Counted from the first letter of the stretch, positions 27,807 to 38,480 are shown. The stretch: DNA of 50,014 bases from an uncultured archaeon (GCA_964458565.1 CAYWJO010000024.1:1-50014), one strand, 5' to 3'. Notes: generated by a model not told the origin, from the sequence alone. Numbers and translations: made by a program.

Positions 27807-28709
27807 TTATTTTTCAGACTTCTTCTTCAATTGGCGAACAGCTTCTCTTATGTCGTCCTCTGAAACAGCCTCACTCTCTTGAACCACTTGTTCAGGTGCA
27901 CCAGCAGCACTAGGAGCCGCACGAACTGCCCGTTTTGATACCCCTAGGTCGCGCATCTTAGCGGTCAAAGAAGCGATTTTCGATTCGTCAATCCCACCCT
28001 CAGCATCAGAGAATTCCTCCATACTAACTCCAAGTTCTTCAAGGATGGATTGCTGTATTGCGAGCTTATCAATCTCTTCCACGGCAATTCCTGTGATAAG
28101 TTCGACAAGCAAATCAGCCTTTTCTAGTGGAAAGAATTTACCTTCTGAGATTTCTGCAATCTTCTGATAGGTCGCGACGGCATTTTGATAGTTGTCAATC
28201 TCGGGATAGCAGCCTACTGTATGAATGACAATTCCACGATCGTAGGCATCTTTAGCTTCAGTTTTCCAATTATGACCATCGGGACAACCTCTAGCGAAGC
28301 TATCGCCACCTGGTTCTACTCCATGCGGTGGTGCATCACCGATTAGAACCATAATCTTTGCTGACTCATTGAGATACTCCATTCGGTTGGCAACATGCAG
28401 CCCATCACAAACCGCTTCTGGCCCATCTCCGCCCCCATATGCGTCCATCGAACGGATTCCATTTTCGATACTCTCAATATTTGGAGTTAGCTCTGTTTTC
28501 TTGGTGACAAACGTTGTTTCCTCAGGGGGATGGTCTCGATAAGACACATAGCCAACTCTAAGTCGATGACATAGTTCTTCTTTCTTTATTGTTCGAACTA
28601 TTTCCAAAATCTTTTGCTTCACTGCTTGAATGTACGGACCCATTGAACCTGTGTTATCAACTACAAATACTAGATCTAATTGTCCAAGTTTTTCTGACAT
28701 AATATCCAC
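27807..28709 (-). CDS. von Willebrand factor A domain protein (VwkA/alpha-kinase-type vWA)
   Basis: LDLVFVVDNTGSM MIDAS motif, plus YRDH, GGGDGPEAV and IGDAPPHG. Confidence 0.9.
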   Translation of the reverse strand: MDIMSEKLGQLDLVFVVDNTGSMGPYIQAVKQKILEIVRTIKKEELCHRLRVGYVSYRDHPPEETTFVTKKTELTPNIESIENGIRSMDAYGGGDGPEAVCDGLHVANRMEYLNESAKIMVLIGDAPPHGVEPGGDSFARGCPDGHNWKTEAKDAYDRGIVIHTVGCYPEIDNYQNAVATYQKIAEISEGKFFPLEKADLLVELITGIAVEEIDKLAIQQSILEELGVSMEEFSDAEGGIDESKIASLTAKMRDLGVSKRAVRAAPSAAGAPEQVVQESEAVSEDDIREAVRQLKKKSEK

Positions 28710-28795
28710 TCACTGTTTGCGAACAAACATCGATATTATTTGAAGCGAGATAAGTTTGATGCGGATGAAATGTCCCCTATTCCTTATGAGGAGGA

Positions 28796-29509
28796 TTGAC
28801 ATTCTTGAAACAAGGTGAAGGAATGCAAGTATTACTTGATAAAACAATAAGAGACCTTATTCTAGTTCACATCATCTTTGCTATTGTCTGCACCATAGCT
28901 CTGCTAATACCTATTGATATTGTAGTGGGTTATAGGCTCTTATTCATTGTATTGTTCTATAATATCCTTCTAGTTTCATTCGCTTATTACCGAGAGTATA
29001 AACAGTGGATTGATATCTGGATGTTTGTTGCTCCACTAAGTGTATTGATGATATTTCCAGATTGGTTTTTATCAGCACAATTACAATCTCTCATCTTTCC
29101 TGTTGATGGCTCACCCATGATAGGTGACATACCCATATACATGGCCGGTCTCTGGGTCATTCCGTTATTTGCAATAATCTACATTGGGTTACTCCTAAAG
29201 GAAAACCAGAATGATTTCGTAGTAATAATTGGAGTGGCGATGATATCTCTGATAATATTCGGAATCGCTGAGGAGAATCTCTGGCGCTTATCATGGTATG
29301 CAGTTGCAGATGTCGCGAAATTTGGACATGTCGCTCTTTACATAGTTATACCAGAGATTGCATTGGGCGCGTCAGCATTCATAGCATATGACATGGTTAA
29401 GGAAAAAATGATTATTTGGAAAATTGTGTGGGCATACATAGTCATGATTATGTATATTGGAAATGCGAGCTTCTTCTACTTTATTGTGGAAACGCTACTC
29501 GTTCTATAG
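28796..29509 (+). CDS. hypothetical multi-pass membrane protein
   Basis: About seven TM helices with a PDWFLS...IP.YMAGLW.IP motif. Confidence 0.75.
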   Translation: MTFLKQGEGMQVLLDKTIRDLILVHIIFAIVCTIALLIPIDIVVGYRLLFIVLFYNILLVSFAYYREYKQWIDIWMFVAPLSVLMIFPDWFLSAQLQSLIFPVDGSPMIGDIPIYMAGLWVIPLFAIIYIGLLLKENQNDFVVIIGVAMISLIIFGIAEENLWRLSWYAVADVAKFGHVALYIVIPEIALGASAFIAYDMVKEKMIIWKIVWAYIVMIMYIGNASFFYFIVETLLVL

Positions 29510-29530
29510 TTTGAGGAATCACTTGCCATA

Positions 29531-30388
29531 TTGTGTGGAAGACATGAAAGAATTACCTCACAAGTAATCCTGAAAAGGAAACGATATGGAAGAATCATGG
29601 CGACAACCATGAAATTCCCTGAAGACCTAGTTATTCAAGATTTAGAAAGACCTAGAAAGATAATCGTGAATTTCATTCGAGATTATGTTGAGAAGACAGG
29701 TCTAGAAGGCATCATCCTCGGCCTCAGCGGGGGCATAGATTCTGCGTTGGTAACCACACTAGCCACAGAAGCACTTGGACCAGAGAGAGTTCGAGTTATG
29801 CTTATGCCAGTCCAAAAGGAGAAAGATGAACATAATATCAAAGATGCCACTCAATTAATCAAGCAACTAGGGATATCATTTGAGATGTTTGAGCTTAAGC
29901 AAGCAGTTGATGCATTTCATCCTCTTAATCTGGACAGAGTTGCTTTGGGAAATGTTGCAGCACGATTGAGAATGATCACCTTGTATTCTCAAGCCAATCA
30001 ACACAAGTTGCTTGTGGCAGGTACCGGGAATCGGAGTGAGATCCTAACAGGATATTTTACCAAATATGGTGATGGTGCTTGTGATTTGTTGCCAATAGCA
30101 GGTCTCTACAAGGCAAATGTGCGACTCTTGTCAGAACATCTAGGGATTCCAAAATCAATCATTGAGAAAGTACCTTCTGCTGGGCTTTGGGCTAATCAGA
30201 CTGATGAGGGCGAACTTGGAATTACATACAATGAACTTGACATAGTTCTTTTCTTGAGATTTGATAGAGAATATACCGCTGACCAAATTGTAGATTGGGG
30301 AATAGAGAGAAAAAAGGTGGATAGAGTATATCATCTAGTCAAAGCATCTCAACATAAGAGAGAACCAATTCCCTCTCCAGATATTTGA
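29531..30388 (+). CDS. nadE: NH3-dependent NAD+ synthetase
   Basis: GLSGGIDS, GNVAARLRM, GYFTKYGDG, PSAGLW and QTDE motifs. The true start is probably ~29597 or ~29609. Confidence 0.95.
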   Translation: MCGRHERITSQVILKRKRYGRIMATTMKFPEDLVIQDLERPRKIIVNFIRDYVEKTGLEGIILGLSGGIDSALVTTLATEALGPERVRVMLMPVQKEKDEHNIKDATQLIKQLGISFEMFELKQAVDAFHPLNLDRVALGNVAARLRMITLYSQANQHKLLVAGTGNRSEILTGYFTKYGDGACDLLPIAGLYKANVRLLSEHLGIPKSIIEKVPSAGLWANQTDEGELGITYNELDIVLFLRFDREYTADQIVDWGIERKKVDRVYHLVKASQHKREPIPSPDI

Positions 30389-30442
30389 TCTATTGAGGTT
30401 CTGGACGGCAAGACTCATCTCATATGAAGCTATAGTTAGAGA

Positions 30443-31177
30443 TTGTTAGATTCAATTAGAATCGTATTGGGTGACGCTAGTTTGATGTATATTCAGCCCT
30501 CAATGTGCCTAACTAAACTCGATTTTCTCTTTCCTGGTGTTAATTGGATTTTTGAGCTTATATTTTTAATATTCTTGGCACTATTTCTATGGGTATGCGT
30601 TTGTTTGAGATCAATACGATATTTCTGGAAATTCCCTGCCCCCGCATCCGCAGGCAATCTAATCGCCGCTGGTCCGTATAGACGAAGAGTTCAACCGCCA
30701 TCAATGATAGTTAAGGCATTAGATTGTAAACCTGGAATGATTATTGTAGAGATTGGTTGTGGTTCTGGATTATACACAGTTGCTGTCGCGAAAGCAATCC
30801 AACCGAATGGTATAGTTTATGCTGTAGACATCCAAGAAGGGATGCTTGAAAAGCTAACAGCACGTATGAACCGGGAGGGTATAGATAATATCAAACCTAT
30901 CCTTGCGGATGCAGAAGGAGTCATTCCATTAAATGATGGTATAGCTGAGGCGATATTTTCTGTAGCTGTACTTCCAGAGATACCCGATCCAATAAAGACC
31001 CTGGTGCAAGTTAAAAGATTGCTTTCTCAACAGGGGATATACGTCGATGCAGAGTTGCTTTTCGATCCTGATTTCCCATTAAGACGCACTGTTAAAAAAT
31101 GGGCTAAGACAGCAGGATTAGAATATGTAGGACAATTTGGTCATGCAGCAAGGTATGTGCTTGTATTTCAGAAATGA
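30443..31177 (+). CDS. class I SAM-dependent methyltransferase with N-terminal TM anchor
   Basis: VEIGCGSG, VYAVDIQ and VLPEIPD motifs; start position uncertain. Confidence 0.85.
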   Translation: MLDSIRIVLGDASLMYIQPSMCLTKLDFLFPGVNWIFELIFLIFLALFLWVCVCLRSIRYFWKFPAPASAGNLIAAGPYRRRVQPPSMIVKALDCKPGMIIVEIGCGSGLYTVAVAKAIQPNGIVYAVDIQEGMLEKLTARMNREGIDNIKPILADAEGVIPLNDGIAEAIFSVAVLPEIPDPIKTLVQVKRLLSQQGIYVDAELLFDPDFPLRRTVKKWAKTAGLEYVGQFGHAARYVLVFQK

Positions 31178-31193
31178 GGCGCTGAACCGAAAC

Positions 31194-32834
31194 CTATGGT
31201 TTCTTATTCCTGATAATTAATACTATGAAGATAATGATGACAATCCCTGAACCTATTGTTACGGTATAGGATATGATTAGTATAATGTTACTGAGTTGAA
31301 TAGATGTTGTTCCATTGTCAGTGATTGTATTGCTGATTGATGATGAGGAGGTTGGTGAAGGATTTGTTATCGTTGACAAAGAAGATTCGGTTGTGATTGA
31401 TGTTTGTATAGTAGTTTCGGTCGTTAGATTGGTCGCCTTTAGGAGATACTCCATTTTAATACTATGAATTCGAAGATTTTCATCATTGTATGGATAATCA
31501 TTCCTTCTTGACGGACTAAGTCCAATGTATTTTATGATACGATTTGAATCGAAATAACCGGATTCTTTTAGGGTGGCAGAATTAGAAGACCCATCATAAA
31601 TCTCACCTTGCAGAGATTCACTCGATGAATCATACCAAAATCTAACAAAACCACGCCATGAATCAGTCTCGTCTTGGTAAAGAATCGAAACATCACCATC
31701 TAATGGATAATATCTACATTCGGGACGCATTAGATTGGCAGCCCAACTGTCTCGTGCACGAATATACGCTGAAATAGTCTTATTATCGTCAAATAAGAAG
31801 ACTCTGAAGAATCCAAGACAATCAGGTTCGTAAATCCACTCGAATTCAACTTCAAAAAGGAGAATATTGGTGATTGGTATCGGTGTATCAAGCTCCTTAA
31901 CAAAGGTCGCCCCAGAATAATAGTCCTCCACTAAAGGAAGTGATTCTGCAAAAATATAACCGGATTCCGAGGTTAGAGAGATATCTTCAGAGAAATAGGT
32001 TCCTGTAAAACCAGATTCGTTCCCTTGATTGATCCAACCTTCAGTTGAAGAACAATCATCATACCAAAGGTTAACATTGAGATTCTCATGTTCGAGGTAG
32101 ATATTATCAAAGTAACAAGGAAGTAATGTTCTCGATTCGTAACGAGCCATACCAATACCCACGTAGAAAATCTCCCGGTCCAACTCCACATCGTCGAGAG
32201 GAATTAGGGTGTGCTCACCAATGCCTTCCACACTCCCCACTATCCCACTAAAAGGATCAAAACGTAGTGACATCAAACCTTCAAATCCAGTCCAAGTAAC
32301 TGGATATCCAGATCCCCACATGATTTGAGTGCCATTCGCGAAATGATAGCGCACTCCATAAAAACCCTTACTGTAATCAACCCAGGCATCATGTATATGG
32401 ATAAGTAAGATAGGATTACGATTAGCATCACCTAAGACAACGGAGCCACTTCCCACATAGGATGAAAGACTGTTGTCAGCAGAAAAATTCACTTTAAAGT
32501 TCTTCAAATTTTTGACTGGAAAGGGTGATGCTAATTCATATTCAAAGACAGGTCCATGCCATTCAGCACCTGAACCTATATTTGTTATCTCTATTTGAGA
32601 GCCATCTGACTGGATTGTTCCTTCTGCAGCACTCTGCCATAGAGTCCATTGGTCGCTATAGATGAAACCTGTTGTGTTTGAGCAATCGTGATTCCACTGT
32701 GTAGATATTGAATCAGATAACTCAAATGCAGAATCAGAAGGATTGTTTAGTCCAGAGGGGTTTGAAACTACGTTTGAAGTAATTATCAATGTAGAGATAA
32801 TCAAACTGAGCACAACTAGATTTCGTCTTTCCAT
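31194..32834 (-). CDS. membrane-anchored surface protein with two tandem ~200-aa lectin-like repeats
   Basis: Signal peptide; repeats begin WNHDCSNTTGF and WYDDCSSTEGW and share (H/R)D(A/S)W and R.I.Y.G motifs; Ser/Thr linker, C-terminal TM and RNKKP tail. Start moved from 32864 to ATG 32834. Confidence 0.8.
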   Translation of the reverse strand: MERRNLVVLSLIISTLIITSNVVSNPSGLNNPSDSAFELSDSISTQWNHDCSNTTGFIYSDQWTLWQSAAEGTIQSDGSQIEITNIGSGAEWHGPVFEYELASPFPVKNLKNFKVNFSADNSLSSYVGSGSVVLGDANRNPILLIHIHDAWVDYSKGFYGVRYHFANGTQIMWGSGYPVTWTGFEGLMSLRFDPFSGIVGSVEGIGEHTLIPLDDVELDREIFYVGIGMARYESRTLLPCYFDNIYLEHENLNVNLWYDDCSSTEGWINQGNESGFTGTYFSEDISLTSESGYIFAESLPLVEDYYSGATFVKELDTPIPITNILLFEVEFEWIYEPDCLGFFRVFLFDDNKTISAYIRARDSWAANLMRPECRYYPLDGDVSILYQDETDSWRGFVRFWYDSSSESLQGEIYDGSSNSATLKESGYFDSNRIIKYIGLSPSRRNDYPYNDENLRIHSIKMEYLLKATNLTTETTIQTSITTESSLSTITNPSPTSSSSISNTITDNGTTSIQLSNIILIISYTVTIGSGIVIIIFIVLIIRNKKP

Positions 32835-33013
32835 AAAACCCCCACATCTGAAGATTTGTTTCATGTTTAATAGTAGTTATTCTAGATAAATAATACGGAT
32901 TTCTCATGGGATAAAAGATTTGAAACACTATTATTGAGTTATTCACATGAGATATATTAAGAGGGGTGTAGTCTGCAACTACTCAGTACGACCATAAATG
33001 GAGTGAATTTGGA

Positions 33014-33370
33014 TTGATGGAAATTGAAATTGCAAGCTACATAATCTGGTTACAGAAGGACTTACGGAATTACGGTAATGACAAAAACGTATCAGTAATG
33101 GGGATAATCACTGCTATACCAAAAGATGAAACCGTGGCAGGAAGACCCAACAGGGTCTATTTTGTATTTGTCGACTCGGAAAAAATTCCAAAGGATTATC
33201 TCACCGGAAAGGAAATTTTTGCATTTAGAAAGGCGGATTATTACAATCACTATATAGATTTGTTGAGGAATGAAAAGCCCATCAAGGTGGTATTTGATAG
33301 AGATTCATCAACTTGTCAGCTAGCAACTGGAAGAAGAGAACCAGTAGGAGAAGGTCCTGGTGAACTTTAG
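33014..33370 (+). CDS. conserved hypothetical protein
   Basis: 118 aa with an IDLLRNEKP...EPVGEG motif that I recognise from uncharacterised prokaryotic proteins. Confidence 0.7.
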   Translation: MMEIEIASYIIWLQKDLRNYGNDKNVSVMGIITAIPKDETVAGRPNRVYFVFVDSEKIPKDYLTGKEIFAFRKADYYNHYIDLLRNEKPIKVVFDRDSSTCQLATGRREPVGEGPGEL

Positions 33371-33385
33371 GGGTAAGACCCTTCA

Positions 33386-34327
33386 ATGAAGGAAGTTATT
33401 CAGAAAATCCAACCATATGCAGCAGCTGATGGGGAGTATACTGCACTAGTTGATTTCATCCTTCAGGCAGTAAAGATACTCCACCCAGAGTTTAAACCTC
33501 CAAATCAGTGGTCGGAAAAAGAATTGGAGAGAGAGCCATATACAGTTGATTGTACCAGGTCTAATTATGGAGATTCTAGTAGTGGAATAACAGTAACTCA
33601 TAGGATTGAGTATGAGCAAAAAACATCGGGTCATGCAGTTGATGAAGTGACTGTGAATTGTTACGGTCTCCCTGAAGAAAAACTCTTGGAATTAAAAGTT
33701 ACTCGATCCTACCATGATCCTAGATTCATAGAAATTAGAATTCGTGGAACAGAGGAAGAGTGTGAATCAATAACTGATGGATTTGTATCCGTATTCAAAC
33801 AAGGGATTATTACGGACACTGAAACTATAATGATGTATCTCAAGAACGCCAAATCTGCAATCCGGATTCAAGCTTGGAGAGCTGCAGAATTCAATGCTTT
33901 GGAATACCTGAAATATGAACCTAATAATCCCGAAGCGCTGATGTATCTAGGAGTAGCTAGATCAGCTCAGGGATTTGAGCCAGAAGGCGAGAATCTACTC
34001 TTAGCGTCATTGACTCTTGATCCCAGGAATCATGAAGCATATTACAATCTGGGCGTCCTAGTAATGAAGCAAGGTCGTTGTCTCCTTGCGCGAGATTCGT
34101 TTCAGAAGGGATTGGAAATCAGTCCTAATAATCATCCATTGCTTTATCAGCTAGGTTTAGCACAGGAGAGGTTGAATGCGTTTTCTGAAGCACTTGATGT
34201 ATTTCAAAATGCGCTTGAAAATAGTCCAAATCCAGATCAAACATGGGGATTTTCAGGCATGGATTATACTGAAGAAGCAAAAGAAGCTATTGAACGAATC
34301 AATAGTAAACTGAGGGAATCCATGTAA
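33386..34327 (+). CDS. tetratricopeptide repeat protein
   Basis: C-terminal TPRs: PNNPEALMYLG, DPRNHEAYYNLG and PNNHPLLYQLG. Confidence 0.88.
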   Translation: MKEVIQKIQPYAAADGEYTALVDFILQAVKILHPEFKPPNQWSEKELEREPYTVDCTRSNYGDSSSGITVTHRIEYEQKTSGHAVDEVTVNCYGLPEEKLLELKVTRSYHDPRFIEIRIRGTEEECESITDGFVSVFKQGIITDTETIMMYLKNAKSAIRIQAWRAAEFNALEYLKYEPNNPEALMYLGVARSAQGFEPEGENLLLASLTLDPRNHEAYYNLGVLVMKQGRCLLARDSFQKGLEISPNNHPLLYQLGLAQERLNAFSEALDVFQNALENSPNPDQTWGFSGMDYTEEAKEAIERINSKLRESM

Positions 34328-34410
34328 TCTTAGTGAAATTTAATTCTCTTTGCAAAGCCAGGTAATCCAGAATGTATTCTTCGCTCTCACCCTATATTGC
34401 CAATTTTGAT

Positions 34411-35091
34411 TCATTGTTTCCAGGTCCATATATCCTCAATAATCGATTCTTGTCGAAGTTTTCCACTTGTATTAATTAGATTCCGGAGTAGCTCCGAAGA
34501 TGTCTGATAATGTTTGAAGGCGTTATCAACTGATGGTTCATCATCAACATCAAAATTGACAATCATATGTTGAAATATCTCTTTATGTTCCGATATCTGC
34601 GGGTGAAGGCCATGAAGAAAAAGGATTGTTTCTGAAGCATGATTTCTAACAAGATATTCGGAATCTTTCGCAACTGACTCGAATAAAGCCTCCACGACTT
34701 CTTCAGTTGGAAATCTTCTCAACGCTCTAGCTGCATCAATTCGATATGACCAAAATCCTCCAGACCTAAGCACATCGATGATATGTGGTAGATAGACTAG
34801 ATTGTACTCAATCAGACACAATGCGACTGCGATTTCGACCTTTAGTGTGCCACCACCTGATTCAAGATTATCAATTAGAAAAGGTATGGCTTTCTTCGAC
34901 CTTAGTTCCCTGAGACCTATTGCTCCATAATGACTACCATCTTCGAGAGACTGAATGAGCATATCTTCTGCCTTCTCTCGCTCTTCATCGTTGAGTTTTG
35001 TAACTGACTTCTCATCAATCCCATCATGCCACATCATGTAGGAATCACCGTAGTAATTATCCATAAAACGGTTCCATTCTGGACTCGACAA
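34411..35091 (-). CDS. HEAT-repeat (PBS lyase-like) protein
   Basis: KAIPFLI, RIDAARAL and DSEYLVRNHASETI helical repeats. Confidence 0.8.
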   Translation of the reverse strand: MSSPEWNRFMDNYYGDSYMMWHDGIDEKSVTKLNDEEREKAEDMLIQSLEDGSHYGAIGLRELRSKKAIPFLIDNLESGGGTLKVEIAVALCLIEYNLVYLPHIIDVLRSGGFWSYRIDAARALRRFPTEEVVEALFESVAKDSEYLVRNHASETILFLHGLHPQISEHKEIFQHMIVNFDVDDEPSVDNAFKHYQTSSELLRNLINTSGKLRQESIIEDIWTWKQ

Positions 35092-35269
35092 TTTCGATAC
35101 CCTCTCAAAAGGCCTTCAATATATTCTTCGAACGATATTTGAAATGACTGTACATTCCAAACTATTAGCCGTTTCCAAGACAGATTCCAACAAATTCCAG
35201 AAGTAGGAACACTCTAATACAGCGCCGCATATCGTTTACGTTGCAACCTTAAACATTGAGGAGAGAGAA

Positions 35270-36517
35270 ATGGAAGGTTCGGAATCAGCAGCTGCTACAC
35301 CAGCAGCCGTAAATAAGAGATACATGATATTTCTTGTAGTGGTCATGGGTCTCGTAAGCCAAATGGATAGTTGGCTATCGTTGATTGAAACAAAAAGTGT
35401 GACCTACATAGTTGCAGAATTCTGGGGTGCAAATACGGAAGCAGCCCGAAGTGAGTTCTCGCTATTGCAGGGTATCTTTGGAATCATCGTATTTGGAGTT
35501 TTCTTCATCGGTTGGTTCGCAGACGCATATGGAAGAAGAAAAGGAATGATGGTTCTAGTACTCACGATGGGTCTACCCACTATTCTAATTGTATTCTTGT
35601 CACTTGATGTATTCTGGTTCTTACTATTCTATTCATTAGTAATTATGGGAACTACATCAAATCTTTGGGAGGTTCCAATCTCCGAAGAGGCTCCAGCTGA
35701 AAAACGTGGGCTCTATGGGAGTATAGCATTCCTCATTGGCGTGATCCCACTATATGCTATCATCGGAGCACGTATAGTGGATATAGATTGGCGCTGGGGA
35801 TATGGTGTGATGTTCTTTTTCATGATTGCACTCTTAGTTATGCTCTATTACATGAAAGAGCCTGAGAGATGGAAAGAAAAGCATGAAACTCGTGAAAAGA
35901 AAATTGGAATTATGGAAGCACTTAGGAAACTAAGTAGTAGAGACAGGAAATACATTGCAATTGCAACATTAGTTTACCTCACATGGACTATTTCCTTCAA
36001 GTTCGCTACAACTTGGGGAGGTACCTATTTTGAAGAAGTACTTGGTAATTCTCCAGATGCATTCAACAGCATACTAACTGTTGCAGGACTACTGCTACCT
36101 GTTAGTGCACTCATCTCAGGATTCCTTCTGGATAGGATTGGAAGGAACGTGGTCCTTGTGATTGGTTCTCTAGGTTCAATGATTTGCTACATAGGATTAG
36201 GATTTCTCAGCATGAGTGTATTCTATTGGGGAATGTACTTCTTTATGGCAATGGTATTAGCCTGGATCTATGTCTACTTGGCAGAGATATTCCCAACTGA
36301 AATCCGCTCTACTAGTATTGGGGTCTGTGTTACAGGTGCACGATTTGGTTATGTCATAGGACCACTAGCAGCATCGGTCCTACTTACCCTGTTTGCAGAT
36401 ATGGCAGGATTCTGGATCATTGGAGGACTTCTAATGCTAATTCCTCTACTATCACTTGTAGCTAAACCATTTGAGACCAAAGGTAAGACCTTAGAAGAAA
36501 TAGAAGTTGAGAGATAG
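35270..36517 (+). CDS. MFS transporter
   Basis: ADAYGRRKG and LDRIGR motif A, AEIFPTEIRS and ETKGKTLEEI; 12 TM helices. Confidence 0.93.
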   Translation: MEGSESAAATPAAVNKRYMIFLVVVMGLVSQMDSWLSLIETKSVTYIVAEFWGANTEAARSEFSLLQGIFGIIVFGVFFIGWFADAYGRRKGMMVLVLTMGLPTILIVFLSLDVFWFLLFYSLVIMGTTSNLWEVPISEEAPAEKRGLYGSIAFLIGVIPLYAIIGARIVDIDWRWGYGVMFFFMIALLVMLYYMKEPERWKEKHETREKKIGIMEALRKLSSRDRKYIAIATLVYLTWTISFKFATTWGGTYFEEVLGNSPDAFNSILTVAGLLLPVSALISGFLLDRIGRNVVLVIGSLGSMICYIGLGFLSMSVFYWGMYFFMAMVLAWIYVYLAEIFPTEIRSTSIGVCVTGARFGYVIGPLAASVLLTLFADMAGFWIIGGLLMLIPLLSLVAKPFETKGKTLEEIEVER

Positions 36518-36533
36518 AATTTTAATAGGCGAT

Positions 36534-36572
36534 TGAGGGCCATTGATATTGGTCCTCAGTCCACCGTTTTTT
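36534..36572 (+). terminator. hairpin plus T-tract after the MFS gene
   Basis: TGAGGGCCA / TGGTCCTCA stem (one G-U pair on the + strand), followed by a T run. Confidence 0.55.
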
Positions 36573-36673
36573 CCATATCAATATATTTAGACAAAAAGGA
36601 CTCTTAGTTTTCGATTTAATTTATATACAGGTTCAACAATTCTTGACCAAATCGTAAATCGGAGGAGATATAG

Positions 36674-37237
36674 ATGTACAGGTCTGTAAGATCGGAAACA
36701 AGTTTTAAATTGTATATTGCAGCGGCGGTCCTGCTTTTTATTCAAGCGGGACTTGTTTTTGGGTTTATGCCCAATCCCACTGCGGGATTTTTGACATTAG
36801 TCATTGGCGTTCTGTTCATAGTTGGAGCTGCTATGGCTAAGATTGGCTTTGGAATTGCAGCTCGTACTGAGAGATCAGTGGGAGGAGGATACGTCGTATC
36901 TAGTGTGGAAACAGCTGATGCTATCGCCTGTGGATGCATGACGGGATTGGCGGTTATCATTTTGACATCTACACAGATTGTGATGGCTATAAATGGTGGA
37001 CTCCCTCAAAACGCAGCGATGTCCATTCCTGGATTATTAGCTGGATTAATTGGAATGGCAGCTGGTGCGACTGCGTTGAATCAAGGACGTAAACAGGGTA
37101 TGTTTGATACACCAACTGCAGCCCCAATACCCCCAGAACAGATACCTGAAGGCTCGGTGACATGTCCATATTGCAATAAGAGAGGTATATCACCACACGC
37201 TCAATCCTGTCCTAGTTGTGGTCAACCACTAACGTAG
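36674..37237 (+). CDS. membrane protein with C-terminal zinc ribbon
   Basis: Four TM helices, a Pro-rich linker and CPYC...CPSCG; GGAGG SD. Confidence 0.8.
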   Translation: MYRSVRSETSFKLYIAAAVLLFIQAGLVFGFMPNPTAGFLTLVIGVLFIVGAAMAKIGFGIAARTERSVGGGYVVSSVETADAIACGCMTGLAVIILTSTQIVMAINGGLPQNAAMSIPGLLAGLIGMAAGATALNQGRKQGMFDTPTAAPIPPEQIPEGSVTCPYCNKRGISPHAQSCPSCGQPLT

Positions 37238-37376
37238 GATTATAACGTAATCATCAAGGTTCACTGATATCATAGATACGTGAATCATTTCGAGCAGTGG
37301 GGAGAATCATATCCCATAAATCCCTTGAAGCAGATGTATTCAAAGACTATACGCTAACTAACGTATCTTGTTCCTG

Positions 37377-38420
37377 TCATTTCTTAGCTAAACCAGAGAA
37401 AAGCGGATGGGGTGACGAGTGGAGATCCTCATTCATCGCATTCCAGGCTCTCGCATGATAGGTCTTCGTGTCAATATCAGGTTCACCAGAGATGATATCC
37501 TTCGCTACTTCAGCAGCAATAATTCCAGATTCAATCCCATAGGATATTCCTTCACCGGTTGTAGTTCGCACGAAACCAGCAGCATCACCAATCAACATGA
37601 TTTTTTTGGAACACGTGTTCTCAATTATTCCACTTACAGGAATTCTCGCGGCAGTCTGGGACGAAAGATCGCATTTGACACCCTTAGTTTCTTCAAAGAA
37701 CTTGACAAATTTCTTCCAATCACCTTTCAAATCTTCAAGCTCACTGATAGGTGCACCTAGTCCTAGACTGATTTCATTCTTCTTTGCAAAAGCCCAACCA
37801 TATCCATTGCGGATGAATCCAAAATAAAATTCAAGGAGGATGCGCTCAGACCCCTCGGGGTCACCCACCATGGCTAGGATATCCGATGAATCCATTGGTA
37901 CTGCGGCCTCAATGCAGAGAGCGATCTCATCATCATCCCACCGGGGCTTTAAACCGGTTTTACGAGCTATAGTACTGTTTGGACCATCAGCACCGATGAC
38001 GATATTTGCAGAATATCTTTCATGACCAGCAAACACATGCACATTTTCAGAGTCTTCTTCAATGTCAGTGACACGAACACCTTGTTGAACTAAAGCCCCA
38101 GCTTCTTCTGCTTTCTTTAGAAGGAAGTGGTCGAAATCATCTCTTTTCACGGTATACCCTGTTACACCGGGTCTTGCGAAGGTTGCCAGCATACCCTTTG
38201 GAGAAAAGAAATTCTGGCCACACTGCTCTCGTTCTACAACGTCTGAAAAATCAAAGTCTAACAAATCTTTAACTCGTGGCGTGAGGCCACCACCACACGC
38301 CTTGCGTCTTGGATGGATGGCTTTTTCTAAAACTAGTACATCCAAATCAAGTTGAGCTGCTTTTTGTGCACATATAGAACCAGCAGGACCTCCACCAACA
38401 ATGACAAGATCATGAGTCAT
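37377..38420 (-). CDS. geranylgeranyl reductase family FAD-dependent oxidoreductase
   Basis: VGGGPAG, RRKACGGG, GADG, GYGWAF and GDAAG...GEGI motifs; somewhat short at the C-terminus. Confidence 0.9.
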   Translation of the reverse strand: MTHDLVIVGGGPAGSICAQKAAQLDLDVLVLEKAIHPRRKACGGGLTPRVKDLLDFDFSDVVEREQCGQNFFSPKGMLATFARPGVTGYTVKRDDFDHFLLKKAEEAGALVQQGVRVTDIEEDSENVHVFAGHERYSANIVIGADGPNSTIARKTGLKPRWDDDEIALCIEAAVPMDSSDILAMVGDPEGSERILLEFYFGFIRNGYGWAFAKKNEISLGLGAPISELEDLKGDWKKFVKFFEETKGVKCDLSSQTAARIPVSGIIENTCSKKIMLIGDAAGFVRTTTGEGISYGIESGIIAAEVAKDIISGEPDIDTKTYHARAWNAMNEDLHSSPHPLFSGLAKK

Positions 38421-38480
38421 GAAATTATTCCTCAGGCAGATTAGTAAATGATAAGCTTTCTTTTTATTCTATTGTAAGTA

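Noticed and set aside
33014-35091. Hypothetical, TPR and HEAT genes as a possible defence or toxin-immunity cassette
   Set aside because: No nuclease, NTPase or toxin domain is recognisable nearby and the orientations are mixed.
37340-37379. Possible stop-codon readthrough (Sec) extending the short geranylgeranyl-reductase-family protein
   Set aside because: Reading through TGA gives only QEQDTLVSV before a TAG, with no family similarity and no SECIS.
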